DNA of 64,000 nt from Halanaerobacter jeridensis (GTDB lineage: Bacteria; Bacillota; Halanaerobiia; Halobacteroidales; Halobacteroidaceae): the NCBI RefSeq assembly GCF_016908315.1, contig NZ_JAFBDQ010000005.1, positions 1 to 64,000 of the forward strand, given 5' to 3'. This document shows positions 1-8,923 of the stretch, piece by piece (position 1 is the stretch's first letter; each line of letters opens with the position of its first letter). The position numbers and the translations under genes were made by a program. Under the pieces are notes generated by a model. The model worked only from the letters and a program-made list of their open reading frames with translations, was not told the DNA's origin and ran no database searches.

Positions 1-534
1 ACCACTAGAAGTGCTCTTATCCCTCAGCTGATTAATCGCCTTAAACTTATCAATCAACAGATTGAAGAAATCAAAGAACAATTAGCTGAAAAAATTGATG
101 ATAACCCCTATCAATTAACTACTATACCTGGATTAGGTTACACTTTAGCAGCTCAATTCATTGCTGAAATCGGTCATATTGACCGTTTTGATTCTGCTAA
201 TGAATTAGCTAGGTATGCTGGATTAGCACCAGCTGAATACAGCTCAGGCAAATCTCAGCAAAGTTCTAGGAAAAAATACGGCTGTCGTAACCTAAACCGG
301 GCTTTCTATCTACTAGCTTTACAACAAATTGGCACTACTAGAAATAACAGACCTAAAAATCCAGTTGCCTATAAATACTATCAGAAAAAATTAGCTGAGG
401 GTAAATCACGCAAAGCTGCTTTAGTCTGCTTAAAAAGACGCTTAGTTGATATTATTTATGCTATGATGCGAGACAAATCTACCTATGAATTACCTGAAAC
501 TCCTGAGTACGAAGTCTTAAATCAAGCCAGTTAA
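1..534 (+). CDS. IS110-family transposase, C-terminal part (5' end lies outside the window)
   Basis: Frame 1 is open from base 1 to the TAA at 532-534; it is absent from the ORF track because it has no start codon in the window. The translation ...TIPGLGYTLAAQFIAEIGHIDRFDSANELARYAGLAPAEYSSGKS...KAALVCLKRRLVDIIYAMMRD resembles the C-terminal helix-hairpin-helix module of IS110/IS1111-type transposases. Confidence 0.75.
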   Translation, partial: TTRSALIPQLINRLKLINQQIEEIKEQLAEKIDDNPYQLTTIPGLGYTLAAQFIAEIGHIDRFDSANELARYAGLAPAEYSSGKSQQSSRKKYGCRNLNRAFYLLALQQIGTTRNNRPKNPVAYKYYQKKLAEGKSRKAALVCLKRRLVDIIYAMMRDKSTYELPETPEYEVLNQAS

Positions 535-673
535 TTGATAATCTCTGAATTAGCTGCCATTAGTTAAAAAATCTATAATTATTGCTTTGGGGATTGCTAG
601 GTCAAATTAGTTTCCATTTTTTAACTTGTAAAACTTTTACTTGACATAAGACGTCTTATATTTCACTTTAAAT

Positions 674-1255
674 TCAAAATTTATTACACAACTCATCTAA
701 CTTATCTCTTAATTCTTTTACCTTTTCTTTACTAACTTCGAAATTAACCTTTTTACTTTCCCCATCATTACAAGCGATATCTAATTCAATTAAAGCTGTA
801 GTAATATTATGTCCTAATTCTTCTTTTTTTATTACTTGATAATTTAATGACCTTAACTTATCATTTAAACACGAAATATGAAATAATAATTTTTGTTTGA
901 ATTCATCAGTCAAAATAATTTCACGTAATTTTTCAATTAAGTATGAATTTAATTCAATAAAATCTTTATCAAAATTCTTTTCTCCTAAAGATTTTTTCTC
1001 TATAAATGCTTCAATAAGTTCAGTTAAAATATGTAACGTATATTTTAAATAAAATTCATTCAAATCATATTCTTCTATATATTCATTATATGAAGTCTCT
1101 GATACTCCTATTCCGTATGACATATAATTTACATCCAATCCTATAATCCCTTTTTTATTCATTTCATCTAAACAATTTACAATTTCATCACACTTTTCTT
1201 TATCTGTTAATAAATTTTCTATTTCTTCTTGTTTTTCAAAATTAATTTCTGACAT
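674..1255 (-). CDS. hypothetical acidic protein (193 aa)
   Basis: ORF-track ORF in which I recognise no family. It lies between attC-like site 1 and the IS110 fragment, so it may be the remnant of a further cassette whose own attC-like site is missing. Confidence 0.45.
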   Translation of the reverse strand: MSEINFEKQEEIENLLTDKEKCDEIVNCLDEMNKKGIIGLDVNYMSYGIGVSETSYNEYIEEYDLNEFYLKYTLHILTELIEAFIEKKSLGEKNFDKDFIELNSYLIEKLREIILTDEFKQKLLFHISCLNDKLRSLNYQVIKKEELGHNITTALIELDIACNDGESKKVNFEVSKEKVKELRDKLDELCNKF

Positions 1256-1500
1256 ATTATTCCTCCTCGCATAAGTTTATAATTTGAATTTTTTATAAAC
1301 TATACTCATATGTAAGTAATACTATATATAAGTATATTTTCCTGCATATATAGATAACTTTTTTATTTTCTTATTTTTAATAATAACAAAAATATTAATG
1401 AATTTACAGTTAAAATTATATTTTAAAAATAAAATTTTTATTAGAACCATTAATAAAAATATTCAAAACTACATAAAAAACAAAACTTCTAAAATAGGAT

Positions 1501-1636
1501 TTCGGATAACGTCCCTGCGATTCGCGACGTCTCGCTACTGCTCCTATACTTTGCCTATTCTCCTAAATTTCATAAGTCAGTGCTTAACCCTGCACTATCC
1601 TCTAGACCTAGATGTCGCTAATCGCATGTTATATGA
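1501..1636 (-). repeat. attC-like cassette recombination site, copy 1
   Basis: Plus-strand 5' arm TTCGGATAAC-GTCCC-TGCGATT-C-GCGACGTCT; 3' arm AGATGTCGC-T-AATCGCA-T-GTTATATGA. The heptads TGCGATT and AATCGCA are perfectly complementary. About 85 nt of pyrimidine-rich loop lies between the arms. Confidence 0.8.
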
Positions 1637-2522
1637 TGGAGCGACCCGGAACCACAAAGATAAAATTCTGCTTTTGCTATTATCTTAGCTAAAAATCATT
1701 TCTTACGCATCACAAAGCAGTTCTATTCCTAGCCCAAAACTATTTACCTGAGGGAAAGGGGGCGAAACTTCTATCTTCCTAATAAGTGAATCTTTTCTCT
1801 CAATTATGTAATTCTTGCTAATATGTATAAACCCTTCATAAAATAATCCAATTTTCAAAAAGATAAAAATGGGTTTTCAACTTTCACATTCAAAATGAAA
1901 TTAAGGAGTTAGCTAATACAATTTTGCCATGCTATTCCAAGTTTTTTATCGTCTATCACAATGCTCTTTACTAACAAATTAAAAAGCTCTCCATTTAGCC
2001 TAACTCCTGTCCAGCACCGCACTGGTTTTCCTAACGAAAAGACTAGCCTAATAATTCCTAATCAAGGATAAAGAAAGGTTTTCTTCTGCCCCCTTTCCCT
2101 TTTCCAATTTTCTCTGCAAGATAGAAGTTGACTACATCAATCTAGCCATGCTATACCACAGATTATTTAATAACTCTTATGCTCTTTATTCTGCATTGAA
2201 AATTTATAAGTAGTCACACTTCTATCCTAAGAATAATCCAAATAAATAAACTTGCACAATGATAAAGAGGTTAGGAAATGTTATAAAAATATTGCTGAAG
2301 CTTTTTTTGAATTGAATCTTTTACCTGAGGTTTTAATGAAAGATTTTTAACCCTAATTTGTTTTCTTTTTAAATAAGTAACTAAAAAAGCTCTATTATTT
2401 TCCCTAATTTGCTATTAAAAATCTTAAACCTATAAAAAAATCACTATTTCCTAACCTTCCCTCGAAAATAGTGATCTCTTACTGGTTGGATTCTATAACT
2501 GAAAATCAATATCTTAGCTCTT
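1637..2522 (-). other. ORF-poor cassette (886 bp between attC-like sites 1 and 2)
   Basis: No credible ORF of 60 aa or more. It contains two 12-nt complementarities: GGGAAAGGGGGC at 1752-1763 with GCCCCCTTTCCC at 2088-2099, and AACTTCTATCTT at 1766-1777 with AAGATAGAAGTT at 2118-2129. Confidence 0.5.
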
Positions 2523-2657
2523 TCATATAACGTCCCGCAGCTTCGCGACGTCCCATCAATGCTCTATAACCTAATCTAATGCAACCTTAATTTCATAAGT
2601 CAGTCCTAACCTCATTTATACTCTACAATTGGATGTCGCTAAGCTGCTGTTATGCGA
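2523..2657 (-). repeat. attC-like cassette recombination site, copy 2
   Basis: TCATATAAC-GTCCC-GCAGCTT-C-GCGACGTCC ... GGATGTCGC-T-AAGCTGC-T-GTTATGCGA. The heptads are complementary. The terminal pair has covaried (..GTCC/GGAT.. here versus ..GTCT/AGAT.. in the other copies). The 5' flank complements GTTATATGA of copy 1. Confidence 0.8.
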
Positions 2658-2679
2658 AGTGCTAAATCTCAGATAACAA

Positions 2680-4140
2680 CTATATATCACTTGAAAAATA
2701 ATTATCAATGATTTTCCGTAATTTCTTTACTCCCTTCTCTTTGGCTTTATTTCGAATTTCTTCTTTGGAAAAATAATTTATTTGATATTTATTAGTGCTT
2801 TGAGCGCGTTCTTTCAAATAATCTTCTGCTTCTTTTTCAAAACCACCAGTAGACCATAACTCAAAAATGAGCTCTTTATTTCTATGTTCATCTTCTTGAA
2901 AAGTCCAACTTCTTATTTTAGGAATATTATCTGTCACCCATTTTTTAGCAAACCCCTTTCCTATTGGGGCTTTCTTTCCCTTGCATTCAACAATCCTTAA
3001 TCTATCGGGATTATCATAAGCAAGAACATCAATTTCTCTTCTTTCCCCACTATCTTTATCAAGAACTACCTCATTGATTTTAATATATATAGATGATTGA
3101 GAATAATAATATCCTACAGCCAATTCAAAAAGTGCTCCTCTTAAATTAATAGACGCTCCTCTTAAATCAGATAATTTATCAAATAAATCAAAATATTTAT
3201 CAGGATTTTTACTAATAACTGCAGAAGCATTTTCGATTACATTTACTAATGACTTCAATACTTCAGTATATTGGTTATCAAATAATTCATTAACAAATCC
3301 AATAAATATTCCTCGAGATTTAAGCAACTGAAAAGCTTCCTTCTCTAAATCTTCTACTATAATAATAGGGATAAAAGAAGAAACATTATGATTCTGTTTG
3401 ATAATATCAATTTTATTTAAAAAATATTCAACATGCTCTTCTAATACTTCTTTTCCCAGTAAAATATCTGCCACAATAAATCCTGGTGAATCTTCATTTC
3501 TTAAATTAAGAATATAAGATGGAGCTGTAAAACCCCACTGAAATTTATAAAATTCCGCATTATTAGATAACTTTTCTGCATCATTATAAGAAGTGAAATT
3601 TATTTTTTTCGCCCAATCTTCAAAATTAGAAATAGTTAGTTCTTTTGCTAACTCAATTGCTTTAAATCTGGTATGAGTTGAACTAACTTCTATTAATGAA
3701 TTCAACTGATATATATCATCAGTATATTCAACTAAAACATCTAATTGTAGCAAATCATCAATAATAGAGCTAGCCGGTTTATGTCCTTTTAACTTTTTAA
3801 TCGGAGAACAAGTATAACTAGGTAATTGATTCATATCTATAAATCCATCATGAAATAATACTGCTTGTATAAAAAAATGATACGCTTTAGCATGAGTTTC
3901 AAAACTGTTTACTAAATTTTGATAAAAAAGTTGAGTCTTAAAATGATCACTTAAATAAATAAATTGTTGGTTATTATTAAAAGAAATAGTCTTCATTTTT
4001 TTCACAGGAGAATTTGCCCGGGAAATAGCTTTTCTAGCTGCATCATTAGTTATTTCATGTTTTTCTTCTAATTTTTTAGCTAATACTCCGGAAACCATTG
4101 GACCATCATCTTGAAGAATCTTTTCTATACGTGTTGTCAT
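2680..4140 (-). CDS. wHTH-like N-terminus plus Mrr/PD-(D/E)xK-like nuclease C-terminus (486 aa), single-gene cassette
   Basis: The C-terminal pattern GALFELAVGYYY...REIDVLAYD...LRIVECKGKK resembles the Mrr-type restriction endonuclease core. The N-terminus MTTRIEKILQDDGPMVSGVLAKKLEE... looks like a winged helix. It is the only ORF between sites 2 and 3. Confidence 0.55.
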   Translation of the reverse strand: MTTRIEKILQDDGPMVSGVLAKKLEEKHEITNDAARKAISRANSPVKKMKTISFNNNQQFIYLSDHFKTQLFYQNLVNSFETHAKAYHFFIQAVLFHDGFIDMNQLPSYTCSPIKKLKGHKPASSIIDDLLQLDVLVEYTDDIYQLNSLIEVSSTHTRFKAIELAKELTISNFEDWAKKINFTSYNDAEKLSNNAEFYKFQWGFTAPSYILNLRNEDSPGFIVADILLGKEVLEEHVEYFLNKIDIIKQNHNVSSFIPIIIVEDLEKEAFQLLKSRGIFIGFVNELFDNQYTEVLKSLVNVIENASAVISKNPDKYFDLFDKLSDLRGASINLRGALFELAVGYYYSQSSIYIKINEVVLDKDSGERREIDVLAYDNPDRLRIVECKGKKAPIGKGFAKKWVTDNIPKIRSWTFQEDEHRNKELIFELWSTGGFEKEAEDYLKERAQSTNKYQINYFSKEEIRNKAKEKGVKKLRKIIDNYFSSDI

Positions 4141-4316
4141 TTTATGTCACACCTCACTATTTATAAATAAACAATCAATCAAGCGATCAATTAATTTTTT
4201 TAGTTTTTCAATACCGACAATTCAATAGTTCATAGAGCTGGAAAAAAATACAATGTCACACTTTCCTTTTCAAACTAAAAAATTGTCACTAAAATATGTA
4301 ACTAAGATTTAGCATT

Positions 4317-4453
4317 TCGCATAACGTCCCTGGGCTTCGCGACGTCTAGGCACTGCTCCTATACTTTTGCCTATGCTCCTAAATTTCATAAGTCAGTGCT
4401 GCAACCCTGCCATATCCTCTGTGCCTAGATGTCGCTAAGCCCATGTTATCTGA
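4317..4453 (-). repeat. attC-like cassette recombination site, copy 3
   Basis: TCGCATAAC-GTCCC-TGGGCTT-C-GCGACGTCT-AGGCAC ... GTGCCT-AGATGTCGC-T-AAGCCCA-T-GTTATCTGA. An extra 6-bp stem (AGGCAC/GTGCCT) is present. The flank TAGCATTTCGCATAAC complements GTTATGCGAAGTGCTA of copy 2. Confidence 0.8.
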
Positions 4454-4489
4454 CGTAGCCATTGTCGAATAAAAACTACTGTACTTACA

Positions 4490-6280
4490 TCAAAAATTTT
4501 GGTTATAATTAAGATTAGGTAAGGCAATTAAACAACTTGCTTTTTTATGATATCCATAGCGATTAAGCCCCATATTAGCAAATAAAAACACATCCTTCTT
4601 GGCTCTGGTAATCCCAACATAAAAAATGCTAAGCACTTCTTCAAATTCTTCTCTTAAAGAAGACAAAAACTGGAATTTACAACATTTATCAAACTCTTCC
4701 TTCCCTTGTTTAGCACTACACAACTTGCAAAGTCCTTTTGAAGTAGGAAATGAGTATGCTGTAACTCTAGGAATGTATACATAATCCCATTCTAATCCTT
4801 TGGCACCATGTATTGTAGTTATTGTTATCCTTTCATCAATTTCATTCATTAAATGCTTTAAAGATTCATTTTCTAACACAAAAGAAATCTTTTCAAACTT
4901 TTTATTTTTTGATATATTTTCTGCTTTAGTTTTTTGAAACAATTTTTTTAATAACCTTAACAAGGAATTATATATATACATTGTATCATCTTCATATATA
5001 TCTTCAGTAAGCAATTCCTCCATTCTATCAACAACTCTACTTAGTACACGTTTTGCAATAGATTGATTGATACCACTTTCTTCCAAAAACACATCTAAAG
5101 CTTTCTCATGAAAAGCTACATATTCTCTGTCAGTATCATTGAATAATCCATTAAAATAGGAAATAGATTGTTCTTCTAATTTTTCAATTACCTCATTAGT
5201 ACAATAACTAGCTCGACACAAAATAGATACATCATCAGAATCACTAATCTTATCTTTAATATGTTCTACAATAAACTCGGCTTCTTTATGATTGCTCTTA
5301 AAAAATTTAAAATTCATTTCAGCTTCTTTATCAAAAGAATCCATCTCACTATAATTTAAAAAGATACTACGAATATAACTGTCTAATTTTTTCATCTTTT
5401 CATTATCATCAAATCTATGATTTGTTTTGAATCTCATTTCTTCCATATTAAATTCCTCAGCCATATGGTCAAACAAATCAGGAATAGCTCCAATAAAGCC
5501 ATAAATTTTCTGAATTTTATCTCCCATTAAAATAATTTCGTTTTCTCCCATTAATTTTGTAAGCAATCTATATGATAAATAATTAGTATCTTGAAATTCA
5601 TCAACAATAATCATTTTATAATATTGCTGATAAAAATTTCTAATTGATTTCTTATTTAATAAATAATAGGAAAAAAGCAATAATCCATTAAATGTAATAA
5701 CTTCATTAGGGATTAATATTTCGTTTAAAATCTCAAAATAATTGCTTTCTAACTTTTCAACATTATCAATATTTTCTTTTTCAAACCCATTAAAATTTTT
5801 AATACATTTGTCATACTCTGATAAAATGTCCATTTCCGAAGATGATAGATAATCCTTTAGCACTGCTGAATAATCGGATACTATTCTAAAAGAATCCATA
5901 GCCCCCAAATTTTTATTTAATAAATATCCATGTTTTTTTAACAAAATTCTTGCTAAATTATGATAATTTGCTACATCAAGTTTCTTGGATAAATCAACAT
6001 TTTCATCATCTAATAATTCAGGTAATAATTCATTAGTATCTTTTTTAATTTTATTAGCTGCATTTACGCTAAATGTAAGGGCTAATATTTTTTTATGATG
6101 TATTGTCGGATCTGTAACTATTTTGTAAGCAATTTTACTAATCATTGTTTTGGTTTTCCCATATCCAGCTGGAGCAGTTACAATTATTCTTTGTTTTTGA
6201 CTGAAAATAAAATCAAGTTGCTCTTCATCTTTTCCATGAATATCCTCAATTGATTTAGAAATAGCTTTTTTATTCTTCAT
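4490..6280 (-). CDS. gajB: UvrD/PcrA-like SF1 helicase, Gabija GajB-like (596 aa)
   Basis: Walker A VTAPAGYGKTKT, motif II IIVDEFQDTN, TIHGAKGLEWDYVYIP and YVGITRAKKDVFLF. It overlaps the upstream OLD-family gene by 11 nt. Confidence 0.8.
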   Translation of the reverse strand: MKNKKAISKSIEDIHGKDEEQLDFIFSQKQRIIVTAPAGYGKTKTMISKIAYKIVTDPTIHHKKILALTFSVNAANKIKKDTNELLPELLDDENVDLSKKLDVANYHNLARILLKKHGYLLNKNLGAMDSFRIVSDYSAVLKDYLSSSEMDILSEYDKCIKNFNGFEKENIDNVEKLESNYFEILNEILIPNEVITFNGLLLFSYYLLNKKSIRNFYQQYYKMIIVDEFQDTNYLSYRLLTKLMGENEIILMGDKIQKIYGFIGAIPDLFDHMAEEFNMEEMRFKTNHRFDDNEKMKKLDSYIRSIFLNYSEMDSFDKEAEMNFKFFKSNHKEAEFIVEHIKDKISDSDDVSILCRASYCTNEVIEKLEEQSISYFNGLFNDTDREYVAFHEKALDVFLEESGINQSIAKRVLSRVVDRMEELLTEDIYEDDTMYIYNSLLRLLKKLFQKTKAENISKNKKFEKISFVLENESLKHLMNEIDERITITTIHGAKGLEWDYVYIPRVTAYSFPTSKGLCKLCSAKQGKEEFDKCCKFQFLSSLREEFEEVLSIFYVGITRAKKDVFLFANMGLNRYGYHKKASCLIALPNLNYNQNF

Positions 6281-7997
6281 TATCTTCTACTCCATTCATT
6301 AATTCTTCTATAATATCTTTAAAAACTTCAGGCACATTAGTAACATATTTTGCTAAAAGAGAACCATTTAAAGCATTTTTTTTATTCCTTAATTGTTTTA
6401 TTTCTTCTTCTTGATAATTTAGCATAATTCTATTTTTAACTTCCTCAGGAACCTCATATTCTTCAGGAGCTTCTATAAAAAGTCTGGGACTAAATTCTTC
6501 CATCTCCTTTTTTAAATAATTTATAAAAGGAGTAATTTTATCTGCTTCCTTTTGATAAAGCAAATAATCATTAAAATCAAAACTATTATATATTTCTGCT
6601 TCAAAATCTATTTCATTTGTGAAAAATATTCCATCTTCATTTTTATATTTTTCTTCTTGATCTTTATCAATTATAGCTATAGCTCTAATATCATATGCAT
6701 CATAAAGTTTCATACATCTAAGAACACTACCAGCCCCATCAAGTTTTATAATTCCAATACTTTCTTCATCAATATCATATCCTATTCTTTCAATAAGTAC
6801 TGGTAAAGCTCCGAATTCTGTATCACCTTCTACAAGAACTACAGCTTTACTAAACATAGCTTCTTTAATATACATAAAACTTCTTATTAAGTGTTTATGA
6901 GTTTTATCATTAAAATCTATATTTCTACCACACTTTACATTAACTTTATCATTAACCTTATATAATCTAGTAATTTGTTTATAGTTATTTAATAATATAT
7001 TAGGAGAATGTGTAACAACAAACACTTGTCCAATCAAACCATCTATTTCAAATAATTCTTCGAGAAGTTTGATAAAGTCTTCATTCTTATTATCAATAAT
7101 TCTTTTTATACCTTTAATTAATGCTCTTTGTCTATATGGATGTTGGTGTATTTCAGGTTCATCTAAAGCAATTACAATTGGTAAATATCTATTTCCCTCA
7201 TCATCATTAATTAAAATATTATTAAATTTTTCTTCTTTCTTATTAGTTTTTAATTTTATTAACAAATCTAAAATATATAAAAATATATTAAATGAATATT
7301 GTAAGCCATCACCAAGTTCATTTAAACTTTTACCTGTATTGTCTCCTACCTCTAAAATTCGACTAACAATATTCTGCTCATCATCATCCACAAATGCTTC
7401 AATTACTTCTCCTTTTAACCCATTTATTTTATATATTTTTTTATTTAAATCATCAACAATTTCATTAACATCACTAATATTAATTAAATCTAAATTTTCT
7501 ATATCTCTTTCCTCCAAAATGTTTTCAACTAAGTAATTTAAAACTTTTCCAGTTCCAGTGTTTTTTGAAAAATCTATTTCTTTGCTAGGATTCCTTAATG
7601 ACGAATAATAAATAAAATTGATTTTTTTAATAGTTATTGGATTTATATATGTATCTGCCGGAGATGCATGTTTATATTCAATTCGACTATAAATATCTTC
7701 TTGAGTTGCTATAATAGTTAAACTATATTCATCATCAATATCAAAATTATTTTCAAAAAAACCCAATTCATCTTTATTGTAACTTATAGTGAATTTAACA
7801 GATATCTCCTTCTTTGTATCATCAAAATGTTCTTCATAGAATTTACCCTTACGTAATAAACAATTAAGCAACTCCATTACATTAGTTTTACCAACATTAT
7901 TTTCTCCAACTAAAAAATTAATTTCCTCATCAAATTTAAAATTTAGTCCGCTTAAATTCTTGAAATTTTTTACTTCTTTTATTTCACTTACAAACAT
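6270..7997 (-). CDS. gajA: OLD-family ATPase-TOPRIM nuclease, Gabija GajA-like (575 aa)
   Basis: N-terminal ABC-like ATPase (FLVGENNVGKTNVMELL; LDEPEIHQHP) and a C-terminal TOPRIM (AVVLVEGDTEFGALPVL; IAIIDKD). It is immediately followed by the UvrD-like gene, which is the class-2 OLD/Gabija arrangement. Confidence 0.8.
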   Translation of the reverse strand: MFVSEIKEVKNFKNLSGLNFKFDEEINFLVGENNVGKTNVMELLNCLLRKGKFYEEHFDDTKKEISVKFTISYNKDELGFFENNFDIDDEYSLTIIATQEDIYSRIEYKHASPADTYINPITIKKINFIYYSSLRNPSKEIDFSKNTGTGKVLNYLVENILEERDIENLDLINISDVNEIVDDLNKKIYKINGLKGEVIEAFVDDDEQNIVSRILEVGDNTGKSLNELGDGLQYSFNIFLYILDLLIKLKTNKKEEKFNNILINDDEGNRYLPIVIALDEPEIHQHPYRQRALIKGIKRIIDNKNEDFIKLLEELFEIDGLIGQVFVVTHSPNILLNNYKQITRLYKVNDKVNVKCGRNIDFNDKTHKHLIRSFMYIKEAMFSKAVVLVEGDTEFGALPVLIERIGYDIDEESIGIIKLDGAGSVLRCMKLYDAYDIRAIAIIDKDQEEKYKNEDGIFFTNEIDFEAEIYNSFDFNDYLLYQKEADKITPFINYLKKEMEEFSPRLFIEAPEEYEVPEEVKNRIMLNYQEEEIKQLRNKKNALNGSLLAKYVTNVPEVFKDIIEELMNGVEDNEE

Positions 7998-8128
7998 TTT
8001 TTTTGCCCCCGTTTCAATTTAAGTAATTAATCTTCTAATTTAAATAAAATTAGTTCATCGATTAAAATCAAGAAAAATTATATTTGATCTTAATCTCTTT
8101 GGATAACCTCTTTTTCAAAATGGCTATG

Positions 8129-8263
8129 TCAGATAACGTCCCTGGGGTTCGCGACGTCTCGGGACTGCTCCTCTATTCTGCTCATCATCCTAAATTTCAT
8201 AAGTCAGTGCTACAACCCTGCCCTATCCTCTTACCTAGATGTCGCTAAGCTCATGTTATGTGA
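8129..8263 (-). repeat. attC-like cassette recombination site, copy 4
   Basis: TCAGATAAC-GTCCC-TGGGGTT-C-GCGACGTCT ... AGATGTCGC-T-AAGCTCA-T-GTTATGTGA. The heptads pair with one G:T and one mismatch. The flank AATGGCTATGTCAGATAAC complements GTTATCTGACGTAGCCATT of copy 3. Confidence 0.8.
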
Positions 8264-8749
8264 TGTAGTTAGCAAAAGATATTTTCTATATTCTCCAAAA
8301 CCTATGCAAACACTTCTAAACTATGCTAAACCTATTCTACTCACCTTTGCTAATGAGACTTTTCTTTCACAATCCTTCCCAAACAGCTCTAATTAGAGTT
8401 CTCTTACAACTATAATTCTATAACTTTAAAAAAAGAATAAACCGAAAGAGATAGAGTAGATATCCTTCCCTAAAATGGTTTCTAAATGTGTTTTTAACTT
8501 CACTATACTCAAAAATTTGCCTCTAAACCTGAGCATTTTCGCCGAAAAATTATACCAACGCCCAAAATATAGCCTAGGCATCGCTACTGGACTAACTTCA
8601 AACAAATATACTTCCACATAACTTATATAAGCCTTAACTCTATATTTCTTTTCCTTAATATAAAAAAGCATCTACTCTATCTCTTGACCGGTTATAGAAT
8701 TCTGCAGCATTTTCTATTCTAATACAAACAAACCCATTTGCTAACTATG

Positions 8750-8886
8750 TCACATAACGTCCCTGGGCTTCGCGACGTCTCGGGACTGCTCCTATACTTT
8801 TGCTTATCCTCATAAATTTCATAAGTCAGTGCTGCAACCCTGCCCTATCCTCTATACCTAGATGTCGCTAAGCCCATGTTATCCGA
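8750..8886 (-). repeat. attC-like cassette recombination site, copy 5
   Basis: TCACATAAC-GTCCC-TGGGCTT-C-GCGACGTCT ... AGATGTCGC-T-AAGCCCA-T-GTTATCCGA. The flank TTTGCTAACTATGTCACATAAC complements GTTATGTGATGTAGTTAGCAAA of copy 4. Confidence 0.8.
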
Positions 8887-8923
8887 CGCCCGGCTTCTAT
8901 AAAAAATATATCCCTCTTTTAAC

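Noticed and set aside
1398-1688. 96-aa plus-strand ORF
   Set aside because: It spans attC-like site 1 and AT-rich spacer, has low-complexity composition and no ribosome-binding context. It is most likely spurious.
6552-7536. Plus-strand ORFs 6552-6806 and 7069-7536
   Set aside because: They are antisense shadows inside the gajA-like gene. Their Phe/Ile/Ser-rich low-complexity translations are typical of the opposite strand of AT-rich coding DNA.
8426-8671. 81-aa ORF in the short cassette as a confident CDS
   Set aside because: Its composition is odd, no family is recognisable, and its start codon is buried in a 15-bp stem. I kept it only as part of a finding, not as a feature.
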